This document shows positions 1 to 13,510 of a DNA stretch of 64,000 nt, piece by piece. Every line of letters starts with the position of its first letter. The stretch's first letter is position 1. The notes under the pieces were generated by a model. That model saw only the letters and a program-made list of their open reading frames with translations, searched no databases and had not been told where the DNA came from. This DNA comes from Octopus sinensis (taxonomy: Eukaryota): positions 90,644,001 through 90,708,000 of the forward strand of contig NC_043002.1 of NCBI RefSeq assembly GCF_006345805.1, written 5' to 3'. The translations under genes were made by a program, and so were the position numbers.

Positions 1-1844
1 ATCAAAGGCCTTTGCAAAGTCGAGATATATCACTTCCACATTTGAGTGGTTGAGCAGCCGTTTCAGCACCCAGTCATAGTGTTGTAGGAGCTGAGTTAAA
101 CAGCTTCTCCCTGGTCGGAAACCATGTTGGGTGTCGGGCAGCAAGTCATTCTCTTCAAGGAAGGTGATCGGCTTCCTTCTGACTATTCGTTCCATGACCT
201 TGCTGATGTGTGAGGTCAGAGAGATAGGTCTATAGTTCTTGGCTTCCGCACTCTGCTACCTCCTTTATGAATGGGGCATATTTTACCTTCCTTCAGTTTT
301 CCTGGAAGTTTGCCAGCTGCAAGGAAGCTCTGAAAGAGGAACTGCAGTGGTCTTGCTAGGACTCTCTTACATGCTTTTAGGAGGATTGCCGGAATCCATC
401 GGGGCCAGTAGCTGAGTCTGTTTTCATTTCATCTATAGCCTTGGTTACATCGTCTTCCTTTATATCGATGTAATCTATCGTCGCCGCCTCTGATTTTATA
501 TCTGCAGTGGTAAAAAAGTCAGTTGGATTGGTGATTTGGAGATGCCCAAGGGGTGGAGTGAAAACACTCTTGAATTGCTCATTCAGTATTTCACTTACCC
601 TCATTGGTTTTCCTGTAAGTGTGCCATCCTTTTCGAGGAGTGGCCCTATTCTACAGTGCACTGTAGCTGTTTCTTTGGCATACCTGTAGAAAGCTCTGGG
701 GTTAGATTTTATGTTTTCTATAGCCCAGGCTTCTTTGTCTGCTCTTTCTTTTTCATGGGAGTTGCAGACATTTTTCGATTTCCAACAGTTTTATTTTTAG
801 GTGGGACTTTTCACTGCTTTCAATCTGTTTGTTTAGGCGATTTGAAAATTTCGTACGCCGTCTCATTAAAATTTTCCTCTCTCTGGGGATTTTGTTCTTG
901 TGTACAGTGGCCTTTCTCTCTGGGACACATTTGTAGCATATGGCTTGCATTACAGACATGAATTGTTGAAGTTTCACGTCGATGTCTGGCGAGGAGAGAC
1001 ATTTAGGCCAGTTTTGTTTGAGGATCTCTTTCTCAATTTGTTTCCAGTTTGCCTTATGGTAGTTCAAGCTGGAAAGATTTTGAGGGTTTCTTGTAGGCTG
1101 CATGTCCGTGCTCTCTTTTGGCCCGTACATGGTCAGCTCTATCATGTTGTGATCCGAGAGTAGTGTCGGTGTCACTTTCACATTATGGATGAGATCCATG
1201 TCATTTGTGAAGCAGAGATCCAGTGTGTTACCTGCCCTGGTTGTTGGAGTATTACCTGCTCCATGTACAGGGTGTTGATGAGGTTCAGGAGGGACCTCGC
1301 CTGTCCTCGTTCACATCTTGTCATTCCTGGGAGAGAAAGGCCCTCAGGCCATCTGACATTGGGCAGATTGAAGTCTCCCATAAGAAGCACACCTATGTGT
1401 TGTTCTAATGTGGTTAGAATTTCTTCTATTTTTATAAGGCAGTCTTCAAACTTGCCCACATGGCTTGGGGCATCTGGAGGGCGATATGTAGCAACACACA
1501 ACTACATCAAGTTGCCTAATATGTACAATTAGTGTGTCACACACCGAGTTTGAGTATGACAAGAGGACCTGGGGTGTGAGGTCCTCACGGATGTACATAG
1601 CAACACCTCCATGACTCCTTTCTTTCCAGTCGGTCCGTAGTACAGCATACTGTGGTATGTGTAACTCCGCATCTGCTATGTCCGGTTTCAGGTGCGTTTC
1701 TGTAAGTGCTATGCATAAGGCTTGATTGCATGCAACAAAGTCTCTCAGGAACGGGATCTTTGTCCTGTTACTGAGTGTTTGCAGTCCTCTGATGTTCAGT
1801 AGGAGTATCGAGGTGAGGTGTACGTTGTTGCCGGCGGTGTCCAT
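1..1844 (-). pseudogene. LINE ORF2 (APE endonuclease + reverse transcriptase), broken by several frameshifts
   Basis: ORF-track pieces 1446-1952, 1178-1501, 753-1199 and 377-661 are consecutive ORF2 segments in different frames; probable ATG at 1844. Confidence 0.85.
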
Positions 1845-2437
1845 CCTGTGTCTGTTTGCTGTGGTGGTCTGGTATATAGTGGGTAGTCCCACCTGCGGGC
1901 TTGGGTTTGATGAAGCCAGGTCAGCTGCTGTACAATCTTTTGTGCCATGCACAAAAAAGATTGTTGCTCAGCAGCTGCTCTTTCGACAACATCATGTTGG
2001 CTGTTTGTGGCGCGCACAACATCTGCGTACCTCCGCTTTGGGGCAGGTGGTGCGTAGTCCATCCCTTTTCTTTGTGTTGATGGTTTGTCCATCTGCCTCG
2101 TGTCTCTGTGGCAGGGTCCCCGATGTGCAAAGCGGCAGCCTGCACCTTCCTTTCCGTGCCAGCAGGAACCTCTCAGGTAGAACATACACACCCGTGTGCG
2201 CTGTTTGGTTCCATCCTTTGCGGTTCCACTTCTATTCCTGGTTGTTTCACTCTTTGGTCCTGCTTGAGCTTTTTCTTTTCCTTTAGCTCTTCCAGTCCTT
2301 CTTTTAGTTCTTCTTCCTCCCTCTACCTCTTCACCGGGTTCTCCGTCTCCATGGCCCTTGCTGCCGGTTGGAGAACTTGCACCTGGGTTCACTTCCCGGG
2401 CAGGTTTCTCATTCAAAACCTCCTCCTGGGCGTCCAT
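1796..2437 (-). CDS. LINE ORF1 (213 aa) with basic region and CCCH-type zinc finger
   Basis: Open ORF upstream of and overlapping the APE ORF; motif CMFYLRGSCWHGKEGAGCRFAH = C-x7-C-x8-C-x3-H. Confidence 0.7.
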   Translation of the reverse strand: MDAQEEVLNEKPAREVNPGASSPTGSKGHGDGEPGEEVEGGRRTKRRTGRAKGKEKAQAGPKSETTRNRSGTAKDGTKQRTRVCMFYLRGSCWHGKEGAGCRFAHRGPCHRDTRQMDKPSTQRKGMDYAPPAPKRRYADVVRATNSQHDVVERAAAEQQSFLCMAQKIVQQLTWLHQTQARRWDYPLYTRPPQQTDTGWTPPATTYTSPRYSY

Positions 2438-2534
2438 ATATCTATATCTTTATCTATCTATCTATCTATCTATATATATATATATGTACTCAAATATTCA
2501 TATTATGCATATATATACAGTTACGTACATACAA

Positions 2535-2567
<33 letters not shown>

Positions 2568-2742
2568 CACACACACACATGTACATTGTACATATATTCA
2601 TATGCATGTATATTCTTTTATATAATTACAATGGTATACATATATGCTTACATGCATGCGTGTATGTGTGATTGTGTGTGTGGATATGTATGTGAATGAC
2701 TCCTCTTCTTTTTCTATCTATATTTGCCTCAGTATTTATGTT

Positions 2743-2781
<39 letters not shown>

Positions 2782-3078
2782 CAAATTACTCCATGGATTT
2801 AATCAGTTAATTACAACTTTTAAACTTAATACTACAAATTTTACCAGAATTCAATTTACTTCTTCATACCTTCAGTTCTACATGTTTTAGTTAATCTTTT
2901 ATATATTCATACATTTCTTTATTTACCATTTTCTTTTCAATATTAATCATAATTCCAGGTCTGCCTTCTTCTGGATTAACAATTCTTTGATTAGCATTCT
3001 TACTTTGCCTTTTCTCAGTTTATATACACACCCACATGCATATATACATACATATATATATTCATGCATGCATATATG

Positions 3079-3131
<53 letters not shown>

Positions 3132-3822
3132 TACTGTCTTAATTTTCAATTTTGAGACTGTCAAATTTGATTTGATTTTCTAGCAAGACAAATTTCGTTT
3201 TAACCTTGTCTCTGTGTGTAACTGCTCAAGAAGATAAAGATAGCATTAACAATATAATTAATACAAAGTGACTTTATTGCTGTTGTTATTGTTGTTGTTA
3301 TTTCATTAACGAATGAAGAAAACAATAACAAAATCTGTTTACTGATTACTGTATGAAACTGCAGTCTGCTACTACTGCTGCTGGTTCTGGCGCCAGTGAC
3401 ATTTTATTTAAATCTAAATTTATTTTTCAAATTTTATTTTTGATATTTATATGTTCATATATTCAAACAAACCATATTCTTGAAATATTCAATAATAAGG
3501 ATTTCTTCATTTGATACAAATATGCCAGCATAATGTTGTTGGGTATAATTAATTACATTGACCTCTTATTAAAAATTTGACAGGTAGGCATTTTGTTGAT
3601 TGTGGACAGATCAAACAGAAAATAGATTTGAGTTTAATTTGTTCAGAAAAACAAAAGGACAACAAAACAAACTACAAATGCAGGATTAAATGCTAGGAAA
3701 TATTTTGTTAACTAAGCACAAATATTTCTACTTGCTCACTGCCTCATGTACATATTTGATAACAAAGATGGGATGTTGTGACCGTCATGCTGCTTTGCCT
3801 CACTAAGTGTTGGACAGTTCAA

Positions 3823-4134
3823 CCTTTTAGCATTCAGATTACTCTAACAAATGTAATGCTTATTTATTCACAGTTTTGAATTAATCCTGCATTATCTCAC
3901 ATACTCTTTTACTTGTTTCAGTCATTTGACTGCGGCCATGCTGGAGCACCACCTTTAATCGAGCAACTCGACCCAGTTTATTCTGAGAATAACATTGTAG
4001 GGTAGTGTGTTAGAGGCCATATATAGTCAGTTTAAAACATAAAATCAGTAGTTATTTGGGCCAGATAAGGTCAGTTTAAAGCATCAAACTGGTAGCTATT
4101 TGGGCTGGATATGACCAGTTTATATGCTAAAGGG
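3823..4134. mobile_element. piggyBac-like MITE (family 1) carrying a SINE-A 3' fragment at ~3900-3975
   Basis: Ends CCTTTTAGCAT...ATGCTAAAGGG followed by TTAA; related copies at ~50940-51500, 51626-51807 and 53163-53383. Confidence 0.6.
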
Positions 4135-5662
4135 TTAAGCAAACTAAAATGAGCTTCAACTGGAACATGAAACTGAGTCACTGACTTAACTAACATACCA
4201 GTACTCAATGACTTACCCTGTACTCAGTGACCTGCTTACTTTGTGTGCAATAATTTATATTGTACTCAATAAGATGTACTTAGTTACTCTATGTACTCAA
4301 TTATTTGCCTTGTACTCACTTATTTGCTTAACTAGTACTCAATGATTGACTTGTGTTCAATGAAACCTTATTCACAATGTTACCCTGTTATGACTTACCT
4401 TGTAGCTCAGTAACTCATCATATTGATTTACTTACCATGGTTGCTCATGTCTGGAATGTCTTTGGCATGGGTTGGATGGTTTGACAGGAGCTAACCAGCT
4501 GAAGAGTTACTTGGGCTCCATGTCTGTTTTTCTTTGTAGAAACAGACATAGTGCCCAGGCAACTTTTTAGCCTACCAGCTCCTGTCAAACTGTCCAACCC
4601 ATGCCAGCAGGGAAAACAGATGTTAAACAATGATGAAAGACTTCAGTCAGGGCTGATCTGGAATTAACTCACACCAACAATTATATCTCTGTGTGACTAA
4701 AGCTCAGTAACTCAGCCTCAAGTAGACAAATACCATCAATATAGCAGACAAACCAATTATACAACCTTCACATCTCAGCAGCTCTGTATAGCTGCACAGC
4801 TTTCTCCAAACAGCAGCCAAATCTCACCTAAATAATGCCTTAGTATTCTAAAAAAAAAGCTAGGACATATTGTATAATGTAGCCCTAGATAAATGATGTC
4901 TAGATAAAAGTTGGGATGGTCACTGCTGGATTGTCATGATGTATGCTTAAACACTTGAAATGGCTCAGTAGCAGAATGTCATTTAACTCTTGCACTACTC
5001 AGTAGTGACCATATATCTCTCTCTTTACAAATTCCCCATTGTATTTAAAAGGTATTGCACAGTTTATATTTTATATATTAGAATGGTACATACCATTATA
5101 CAGGTGGGATGGTCATGGGGAGACAGATTGGTTACGTCATTTGATGCTGATTAGGGCATCATAATAGACTTAAATAAACAGATATCAGATTAATGTTGTT
5201 GTTGTAGTGTTGAAAAACAAAAACATTCCAGCTGTGGCCATCCCATCATTTTTTAAACATTGAGTATCTGAGGTACATTATCCAGTATCTCTTTCCTTCT
5301 TTAAAAAAAGTAGGGCATTGTTTGAATGAGACTTGCTTGATATTTCTTGCAAGTCAAGCACTCATATAAGGACTCTATGTTGGCTTAAGCCAGGATATTG
5401 TCTTACACATCATTATCCATGGCTCCTGTGTCTCGAAGCTTTGATATCTTAAGACTCAAGGCTCTATTTTTTAAGAATTCTGTGTCTTGAGTTTTCTGTA
5501 TTTCAAACCTTACATGCATTTAAGCTTTCATGTCTTAAGGCTCCTATATCTCGAGACTCCCTTGTTAATTTAAGTCTTCAGTGCTTCAAGGTATTCATGT
5601 CTAAAAGCACTTGTGTCTTGAGGCTTCCATGTCATAAGCAGTGTAATTACTCTCCCATCCTA

Positions 5663-5668
5663 TCATCG

Positions 5669-5703
<35 letters not shown>

Positions 5704-6320
5704 GTCATCGTCATCATCATCATCATCATCATCATCTTCATCATCTTCGTCATCATCATCATTGTCATTTAATGTCCATTTTCGATACTTCCTGGAATGG
5801 GCAGTTTGACTGGAGCTGGCCAACCAGAGTGATGTCCAGGCCCCAATTATCTGTTCCAGCATAGTCCCTACAGGTGAATGCCCTTCCTAATGCCAACCCT
5901 TTTTTACAGAGTGTACTGGGTGTTTTTCTTTTATGTGCTACCTGCATGGGTGTTTTTACATGGCACCAGCACATATTCATGTCACATGATACTGACACAA
6001 GTGCATTTTACATGACACTGGCATGAGTGCATAGTATGTAGCACTGACATAAGTACATTTTACTTGGCACTGGGACCTGCAAGACAAAGACCTCTCAACT
6101 GGCAGAGAGAGTTGAGGCATGGCCATAAAGGATATGTCTGTAGAGATGGATGGATGCGATTTTACTTAGCTTGACATATCTTCTCAGGAACAACAAATCG
6201 CCACAAGTCCTGGTCCTTTGTCAGCTCCCCTCAGTGAGGCCCAATGTCTGAAGATTCTTTCTCCCCACTTTGTTCCACATTTTCCTAGGTCTACTCCTTC
6301 CGCAGGTTCTGCACTGAAAT
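5663..6320 (-). mobile_element. RTE LINE 3' fragment with long (TGA)n tail
   Basis: GRSRPRKMWNKV..LQTLGLTE C-terminal peptide; 3' UTR motif TTAGGAAGGGCAT..; (CAT)n on the + strand. Confidence 0.75.
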
Positions 6321-8203
6321 AAGTTTGTTGCTTTAATGTTGGCTTTTGAGGCAATTATCCACACTTGCATGCATTGTATGTATTTCCTGAAACTTGGATT
6401 ATCTAATATAATATCGTTGGAGTTATCTTCCCTTGCTTGCTTCATCTAATCCCCATCACTTTTACCTCAGCCATCATCATCATCACCATCATTATCCCAT
6501 TTGTTGTCATCACTGTCATCAACATCAAAAACATTGTTACTACCAGCAGGACCATCATTCCCTCTCACCACCACTACAATCATCATCGTCACCACTAAAC
6601 CAATACGACTATCATTTCCCCATCCATTATCCACATCAGCATCACAACCAATTGACCATCACTCCTTCTCTGCTAAGGGCAGATATGATATGGTTATCAT
6701 TTCTAGCATATCAAGTGGCCACAGAGTGGATTACTTGCTAGTTTAGTAAAATGGAGAAAGTAGAAATAATTCATTTGTCCAAAGCCACACTGAGTCTGGT
6801 AGAGTTTGAACACAGAGTTGTTAGAGTTGAAGCTGTCAGTCCCTACCCAGTCTTTCATCCTGTATATAAAAATGGGTGAGGAGAAGATGGTTCCCCTCCT
6901 CTTCTACCTAACCTATATTTCAGAAACCACTGCCTTCAGGGATAATAAACTGTGATAAGAGGAATGCAGCGTGTGAGAAAACAGAATGAAGAATGAAGGA
7001 GAAATGTAAAGAACTCAACAACAGACCCAACTAAAAGATCCTGCAGTCAGTTACTGCCTGAAAAATGTTATCAGCTGGAATCTGAGAGAAAAAATGAAGA
7101 GTATAACTTCAGGATGGGAAATATAGAAATATAGTGAGACAAGAAAACATTCAAACATCGAATAATAACAGCAACAAATAAAAGCATTGAAGAATAAAAA
7201 TATGAAACAACATAAATATGGCCACTCAGACAACACATTTGTCAAATCAACTGGTGAAAGGATATATATGGGTGTGTAAATAAATGTATGTATACATACA
7301 TATATTTATGTACATGTGTGTGTGTGAGTGTGTGTGTGTATGTATATATATATATATATATATATGCATGTGTGTGTATAAATGCACACACACCTAGAAG
7401 TTGTACATCTAGCTGTACACTTAAGATACACACACACACACACGCACCAACACACACACACATACAAATATATATATATCGAAATATACAGATGTGTACA
7501 CATATATTTATAAGTGTGCACATATATGTATATATGTATGTGTACACACACACACACACACACACATACACACACACATGCAATTGTATACCAGCGGAGT
7601 TGGAAGAAGGAAATTAAGCAGTTAGTTGAGTAAAGGAGGGGTGGGTGTGTGGTGGTAGGGACGTGGGGGTAGTACCCCTACTTTCAAAAACAAAAAAGGA
7701 AAACAAATTTCTAAAAATAACTTATCCGCATGGCAGACTGAAAAATATGAAGTTCTTGCGAAAGAGTGAAAGAAGGGTGCTGCAGTGACATTATGGTTTT
7801 GAAGAGATAGAATAACAGAACTATCAGAATTCTAAACCAACTGAGATATCTGGACTTCAAATATCTGTCTGCAAAAGAAAGATGGGATGAAAGAAAGAAA
7901 TCACTTCTTCTCATCTTTCCTTTCTCGTCATAGATAATTTCCCTGTTTGAAAAGGTAAACCAAGTACACACCACACAAGAATTATTAACATTCTATTCCT
8001 TTTTCTTTTATTTGTTTCAAGTCGTTTGACTGTGGCCAAGCTGGAGCACCGCCTTTAGTCAAGCATGTCGACCTCCCCACCCAGGACTTACTCTTTGTAA
8101 GCCCAGTACTTATTCCTATCGGTCTCTTTTGCTGACCCGCTAAGTTACGGGGATGTAAACACACCAACATCGGTTGTCAAGCGACACACAGACACACAAG
8201 CAT

Positions 8204-8234
<31 letters not shown>

Positions 8235-8374
8235 AGATCGATAGAATAAGTACTAGGCTTGCAAAAACTAAGTACTGGGGGTTGATTTCCTCAACTAAAA
8301 AATTCCTTAACATAGTGTTCCAGCATAACTGCAGTCAAATAACTGAAGGAGGTAAAAGAATATATATATATATA

Positions 8375-8772
8375 CTAGCAGTATCGTCCGGCGTTGCTCG
8401 GGTTTGTAAGGGAAATAACTATATAAGCATTTTTAGAGAGTTATAGCCAAAAAATAGCAAAAAATGCATTAAAAATGGAAAAAAATTTATGGTAAATTTT
8501 TTTTTAAATCGTTGACTCATCGTAGACATTTTTAGAGAGTTACTTCCCCTATATAATAGTGAAAAAATGCATTAAAATGGAAAAAATGATGGTAAATTTT
8601 TTTTTAAAAATCGTAGACTCATCGTAGACGCGTGCCAATACCCAGAAGGGCTTGATATGAATCACGACTATAAGATACCCGCTTTTGGTTAAACTGCACC
8701 GCAAAATGTGGGAGTAGTTAGGAATCTAAATCGTAGGAGACAGAATCACAACTTGACTTTTATATATAAAGA
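8375..8772 (-). mobile_element. Non-autonomous Helitron
   Basis: Minus strand starts TC(TTTATATATAAAAG) and ends with an imperfect GC hairpin CCCGAGCAACGCCGG followed by CTAG; inserted between A and T with no TSD; internal ~100-bp duplication. Confidence 0.75.
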
Positions 8773-9223
8773 TATATGTGTGTGTGTGTGTGTGTGTGTA
8801 TTAGTACAATATAGCAATGAATTTGTATTCTTTAAATCTGCAAGTTTTAGTTGCAAACTTTCTCTAAAATTGGTAGCCTTTTTGTTGTTTTAATCCCAGC
8901 TTAGCTCTGATTGAGTAAACCTATGATCAAAGATATTCCAAGCTTGGCCATTCCATATTTTTATCATTATCTAGGACTACATGTGTCCCTTCCGTTTTTA
9001 TGGTAGTAGGGTAATTCAAGTGTAAATTGGCTGCTATTTCTAGCAGATTGAGTGTCCATTTAAAGATAGTGGTTGTAATCATTTCAGAATATTTGTAATT
9101 CCTTGCAATTTATCAAGTGAGGATTTTCAACTTTGCTCACAGTTTGAATCTAAAAATCAATGATTTATGGCTGTTTTTGTGTGTATGTATTTTTCTTTTT
9201 TTTTTGTCTGGTTTAAGTAAGGA

Positions 9224-9266
<43 letters not shown>

Positions 9267-10163
9267 CAAAGGAGAAAAAGAGAGATGAGGAAGTTTCAAG
9301 ATAGTTGTTTTTCCCAGTTTTTAGGTGTCTAGCTAATTACAGGTAGTTTGACATGGCACTGTGTGTACTGGAATAAACGTTAACCACGTAATTGATTCTA
9401 GAAATGATAAATGGCCTGTTGTCTAGCTGTGATGGGTAAATCTATGAAAATCATTTTTTTTCTCTTTCCTGATTGATCATTTCAAGAGAAAATCAGTTTG
9501 TGGTAGAGGCAGTCTAGAGACCCAATAACTTGATGGTGGTGTTACATCATTATGTTCCATCTGTAGATTAGCTAGTAATTGATGATAATGATTCCAGATT
9601 GATCACTTAAAATATCTGTGGATAAATAAAGTGTCGGTACCGGAGAAAAAGAAGAAGCTAACTCTATTGTGTATATCACTGACCCATCCAATTTTTTGTC
9701 AATATGTTTCACTAATATCACTTAACAATTATTTTTAGTTTTAACAATGGCAGCTAGAAGACATTTGTTATTATTATGGTCAGCACTGTAAGTCAACAAA
9801 TTCTACACTAGTACCTACATCAGTATCTTACTGCAGGAGCTGACTCCAGGGATACTTGGAGCTTAAAAAAAAGAAAAAGAAAAAGATGCTGAGCTTTTGT
9901 AAATCCATAAAAAGAATTATTATACTTTTCTCAGTATGTCAACTATAAAGACATTCAGACAAATGTAAATAGTGAAGAAGACAGAATCTTATGAACCAAT
10001 TTTCTACACTATATATTTGATGATTTAGTAATAATTTTATATATTTTAAGCTTTGTGTTTCAAAGATTCCATTTAGTTGATGATATTTTCTCCATCTTAG
10101 CCCAAGCAGTATTTATCTGTTACAGACCCTTTAGAAATAGTTGATAGCTTCTGTTACCTAGGT

Positions 10164-10695
10164 CAGTGCTTCTCAAACTGTCTGATCTGGCGTACTGGCA
10201 GTTTTTTATTCCAATGTGCCATGGAACGATAATATTTCTTAGTAATATCAATTTATACTGGAAACAAGATATATAATAAATATAATATAAGTTGACAATT
10301 TTTTTTATCTTATATTTATTTTGTAAACAAATGATACAATATTCTTTTCTACTCTAGGCACAAGGCTCGAAATTTTGGGGGAGGGAACCAGTTGATTAGA
10401 ATGACCCCAGTACAAAACTGGTACTTAATTTATTTACCCCGAAAGGATGAGAGGCAAAGTTGACCTCAGCAGAATTTGAACTCAGAATGTAAAAACAGAT
10501 GAGATACCGCTAAGTATTTCACCCGGTGTGCTAACGTTTCTGCCAGCTTGCCACCTTACAAATAATACAATATTACATAAGCATTTTATAAGCATTTTAT
10601 AATGTTTCTTTCTTTTCTGGAAACTCACCGCATACCAGTAGCTGATGGCTCATGGATTGTCACCGGTCTGTAGACCACCACTTTGAGTAGCACTG
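10164..10695. mobile_element. hAT (Charlie-like) MITE
   Basis: TIRs CAGTGCTTCTCAAA / TTTGAGTAGCACTG; target ACCTAGGT, whose right copy is disrupted by the next insertion. Confidence 0.75.
10344..10557 (-). mobile_element. SINE family B (tail type 2) nested in the hAT MITE
   Basis: Head AAGGTGGCAAGCTGGCAGAAACG; 17-bp TSD acaaat(g/a)atacaatatt at 10327-10343 and 10558-10574. Confidence 0.85.
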
Positions 10696-10701
10696 ACCTT
10701 G

Positions 10702-10921
10702 CCCTTTCATTGCTGTATTTATTTTGAAATGCTCTGTGTTTCTTTCGGTTACTTTAAATATAACAAAAAATTTAGTAAAATAACTTAGTTATCATTAAGC
10801 TAGTGTTAGGAACATAAATTGTGACTAAGGTTTGGTGGGAGATTTTAATTCAAAACTTATGCAAACAAGACATTTGTACTCAGAGCCAGAGCCGGTTTCA
10901 GCCGGGTTGGTATCAAAAGGG
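10702..10921. mobile_element. piggyBac-like MITE (family 2)
   Basis: CCCTTT...AAAAGGG termini; inverted homolog of 20779-20998; flanks CTTG/CTAG. Confidence 0.75.
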
Positions 10922-11481
10922 CTAGGGGACATTATCAGCTGGGGAAGAGGATGTACTGAAAGCTAAAATATGAATAGAGAGGAAAAAGAACAGCAGTATG
11001 AGGATTTTCTCTTTTGAGTGAAGAATAAATTGTATGTTGCTTGTGTACAAAGTGTGATGTCAGCAGTGAGAGTAAGGAATGTGTGAAGGCTAGACAACAG
11101 TGAAACTAGTATGCTCTGCTGGATGTGTAATGTTAGTATGTATGAGTAAAAAAAAAACTGGTTATCAGAGGAATTGGTTATTATGTGCAAGATGTCTGTG
11201 TAATGATGAGAGATGGGAAAAGAAGTCTTGGGAAATCTGAGTGAAACTGTGGAAGAGGTAAAAAATCAAAGGAAACATGCTCAGAAGTGGTGAAAGCTGA
11301 TCTCAGGATGTTAAATCTTACAAAGGAACATAAAGGAACATAACAAATAGCAAGGCACCTGTTGGTTTGGATACTTCCAACCCATGCAACCATGGAAAAG
11401 TGGATGTAAAACAAATTATGGTGATGTCCCTCTCCTCTCCTGTCCAATGAATTTGCTAGTCTACAATCAATTCTCACTATA

Positions 11482-11871
11482 CTCTCTCTCTCTTTTACTC
11501 TTTTACTTGTTTCAGTCATTTGACTGTGGCCATGCTGGAGCACCGCCTTTAGTCGATCAAATCGACCCCGGGACTTATTCTTTGTAAGCCCAGTACTTAT
11601 TCTATCGGTCTCTTTGGCCGAACCACTAAGTGACGGGGACGTAAACACACCAGCATCGGTTGTCAAGCAATGCTAAGGGGACAAATACAGACACGTATAC
11701 ATATATATGACAGGCTTCTTTCAGTTTCCGTCTACCAAATCCACTCACAAGGCATTGGTCGGCCCGGGGCTATAGCCGAAGACACTTGCCCAAGATGCCA
11801 CGCAGTGGGACTGAACCCGCAACCATGTGGATGGTTAGCAAGCTACTTACCACACAGACACTCCTGTGCCT
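11482..11871 (-). mobile_element. SINE family A, full length
   Basis: tRNA-like head GGCACAGGAGTGTCTGTGTGG..GGGTTCAGTCCC; internal microsatellite; (GTAAAAGA)n tail; near-identical to other A copies. Confidence 0.88.
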
Positions 11872-12439
11872 ATATGGTACACATATTCTACTGTCAAATA
11901 AATAAACCAAAGTATTCTTAATGTCTTACCCACAAAACAATAATTGTGGGTGGATATAAACTAATGGTTCTTTTGTTGAGATGTTGATACTTCACTTTCA
12001 TTTGACTCAGTCATTGGGCTGCAACCATGCTGGAGCATTGCCCAGGAGGGTTTTAGTCAAATTAATTGACCCCAGTAGCTAATGCTTTTAAATCTGGAAC
12101 TTATTCTATCTGTCTCTTTTGCCAAACTGTTAAGTTATGAGGATATAAACAAAGCAATATTGGTTGTCAAGTGGTGGTGGGAACAAACATAAACACACAC
12201 ACACATACACACATAAACACACTTGTACATAGATAAACACACAAACACACACACGTACAAACATAAACACACATACACACATTCTTACATGCATAAACAC
12301 ACACACACACACACACACATTCATACATATATAAATACACAAACATACACACATTCATACATGCATAAACAGACACACACACATGCACACGCACATTCAT
12401 ACATATATAAACACACAAACATACACACACATATACCTG

Positions 12440-12488
<49 letters not shown>

Positions 12489-13061
12489 ACATGCACACAC
12501 TATGGGCTTCTACATAATTTCTTTCTACCAAATTTATCCACACAGCATTGGTCAGCCTAAGATTACAATAGAAGACACTTTGCTCGAAGCACTGCACTGT
12601 GGGACTTAACCCAAGACCATCTGGTTGCAGAATGAGATTGAACCAAAGACCATGTTGTTACGAATCAAACTTCTCACTCAAATAACCATTCTTGTACGCA
12701 TGTATGATAATGGTTGGTTCGAGTTGGAAATGAAACTATTTTTAACGCATCTTTGATCTTGCCATTAATTTTGAAAAAAACATGCTTTTCACATTTACAA
12801 ATAAGGATATTTTGCAAAAATATAATTTATCTTTTTGTTTGACCTTTAAAAGAATCTATGACCTTTGACAGTTTTGGATAATGTATCCAGAAATGTAAAC
12901 GCGTTATATTGTTTGTTCTTATATGTGTACACATGCACAAACCATAACACATGCATACATATTTGCATACACACATACACACACACACATACATTTTCAT
13001 AACACATGCATATGCAAATGTGTGTATATATGTGTTTAATGAATGCATGTATGTGCTTTAA

Positions 13062-13301
13062 GTGTGTGTGTGTGTGTGTGTGTGTATTCATACATGTGTG
13101 TATGTGCACAAGCACAGATGTCATTACATGAATGGATCTCTATTTTGACTTAGGTATACACATGTATGTGTGTGTGTGTGTGTGTGTGTGTTGTGTGTGT
13201 ATTCATACATGTGTGTATGTGCACAAGCACAGATGTCATTACATGAATGGATCTCTATTTTGACTTAGGTATACACATGTATGTGTGTGTGTGTGTGTGT
13301 G
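13062..13301. repeat. Tandem duplication (~115-bp period) bounded by (TG)n
   Basis: tattcatacatg...ttaggtatacacatgtatg occurs at ~13085 and ~13200. Confidence 0.85.
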
Positions 13302-13468
13302 TATTTGTCAGTTGTTCTGTTTGTCTGTTTGTCCATTCATCTACCCACACTTTTGCTTTCTCTCCAACAGACAAAGAGCCAGTTTCTAACCTAGAAAAAG
13401 TCTCTTTCACTGGAATTTAGATGTCGAATCATATGAATATATATATATATATATATATAATATACATA

Positions 13469-13510
<42 letters not shown>

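Larger units (their letters stand above)
1..2437 (-). mobile_element. CR1/L2-group non-LTR retrotransposon (LINE), 5' part; runs off the window start
   Basis: Minus strand reads ORF1, then an APE endonuclease (LNIRGL, ALTETHL, GGVAMYI, YRPP, GDFNLP, SDH), then RT motifs (GPDG, NYRPISLTS, QHGFRPGRSC, VIYLDFAKAFD at 1-33). The 5' end abuts a (TATC/TA)n microsatellite. Confidence 0.93.
10120..11425 (+). mobile_element. Decayed RTE LINE 3' part interrupted by nested MITEs and a SINE
   Basis: LEIVDSFCYLG / DIISWGRGCTES split by the insertions; ends in the CCAACCCATGC..ATGGAAAAGTGGATGTAAAA tail. Confidence 0.65.

Noticed and set aside
1726-2286. 186-aa plus-strand ORF
   Set aside because: Antisense shadow of LINE ORF1/ORF2.
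5647-5862. Poly-Asp / poly-Ser ORFs
   Set aside because: This is the (TGA)n tail of an RTE element.
7730-7960. Possible exon ending GAAAAG|GTAAAC
   Set aside because: Stops in the frames examined and no good acceptor.
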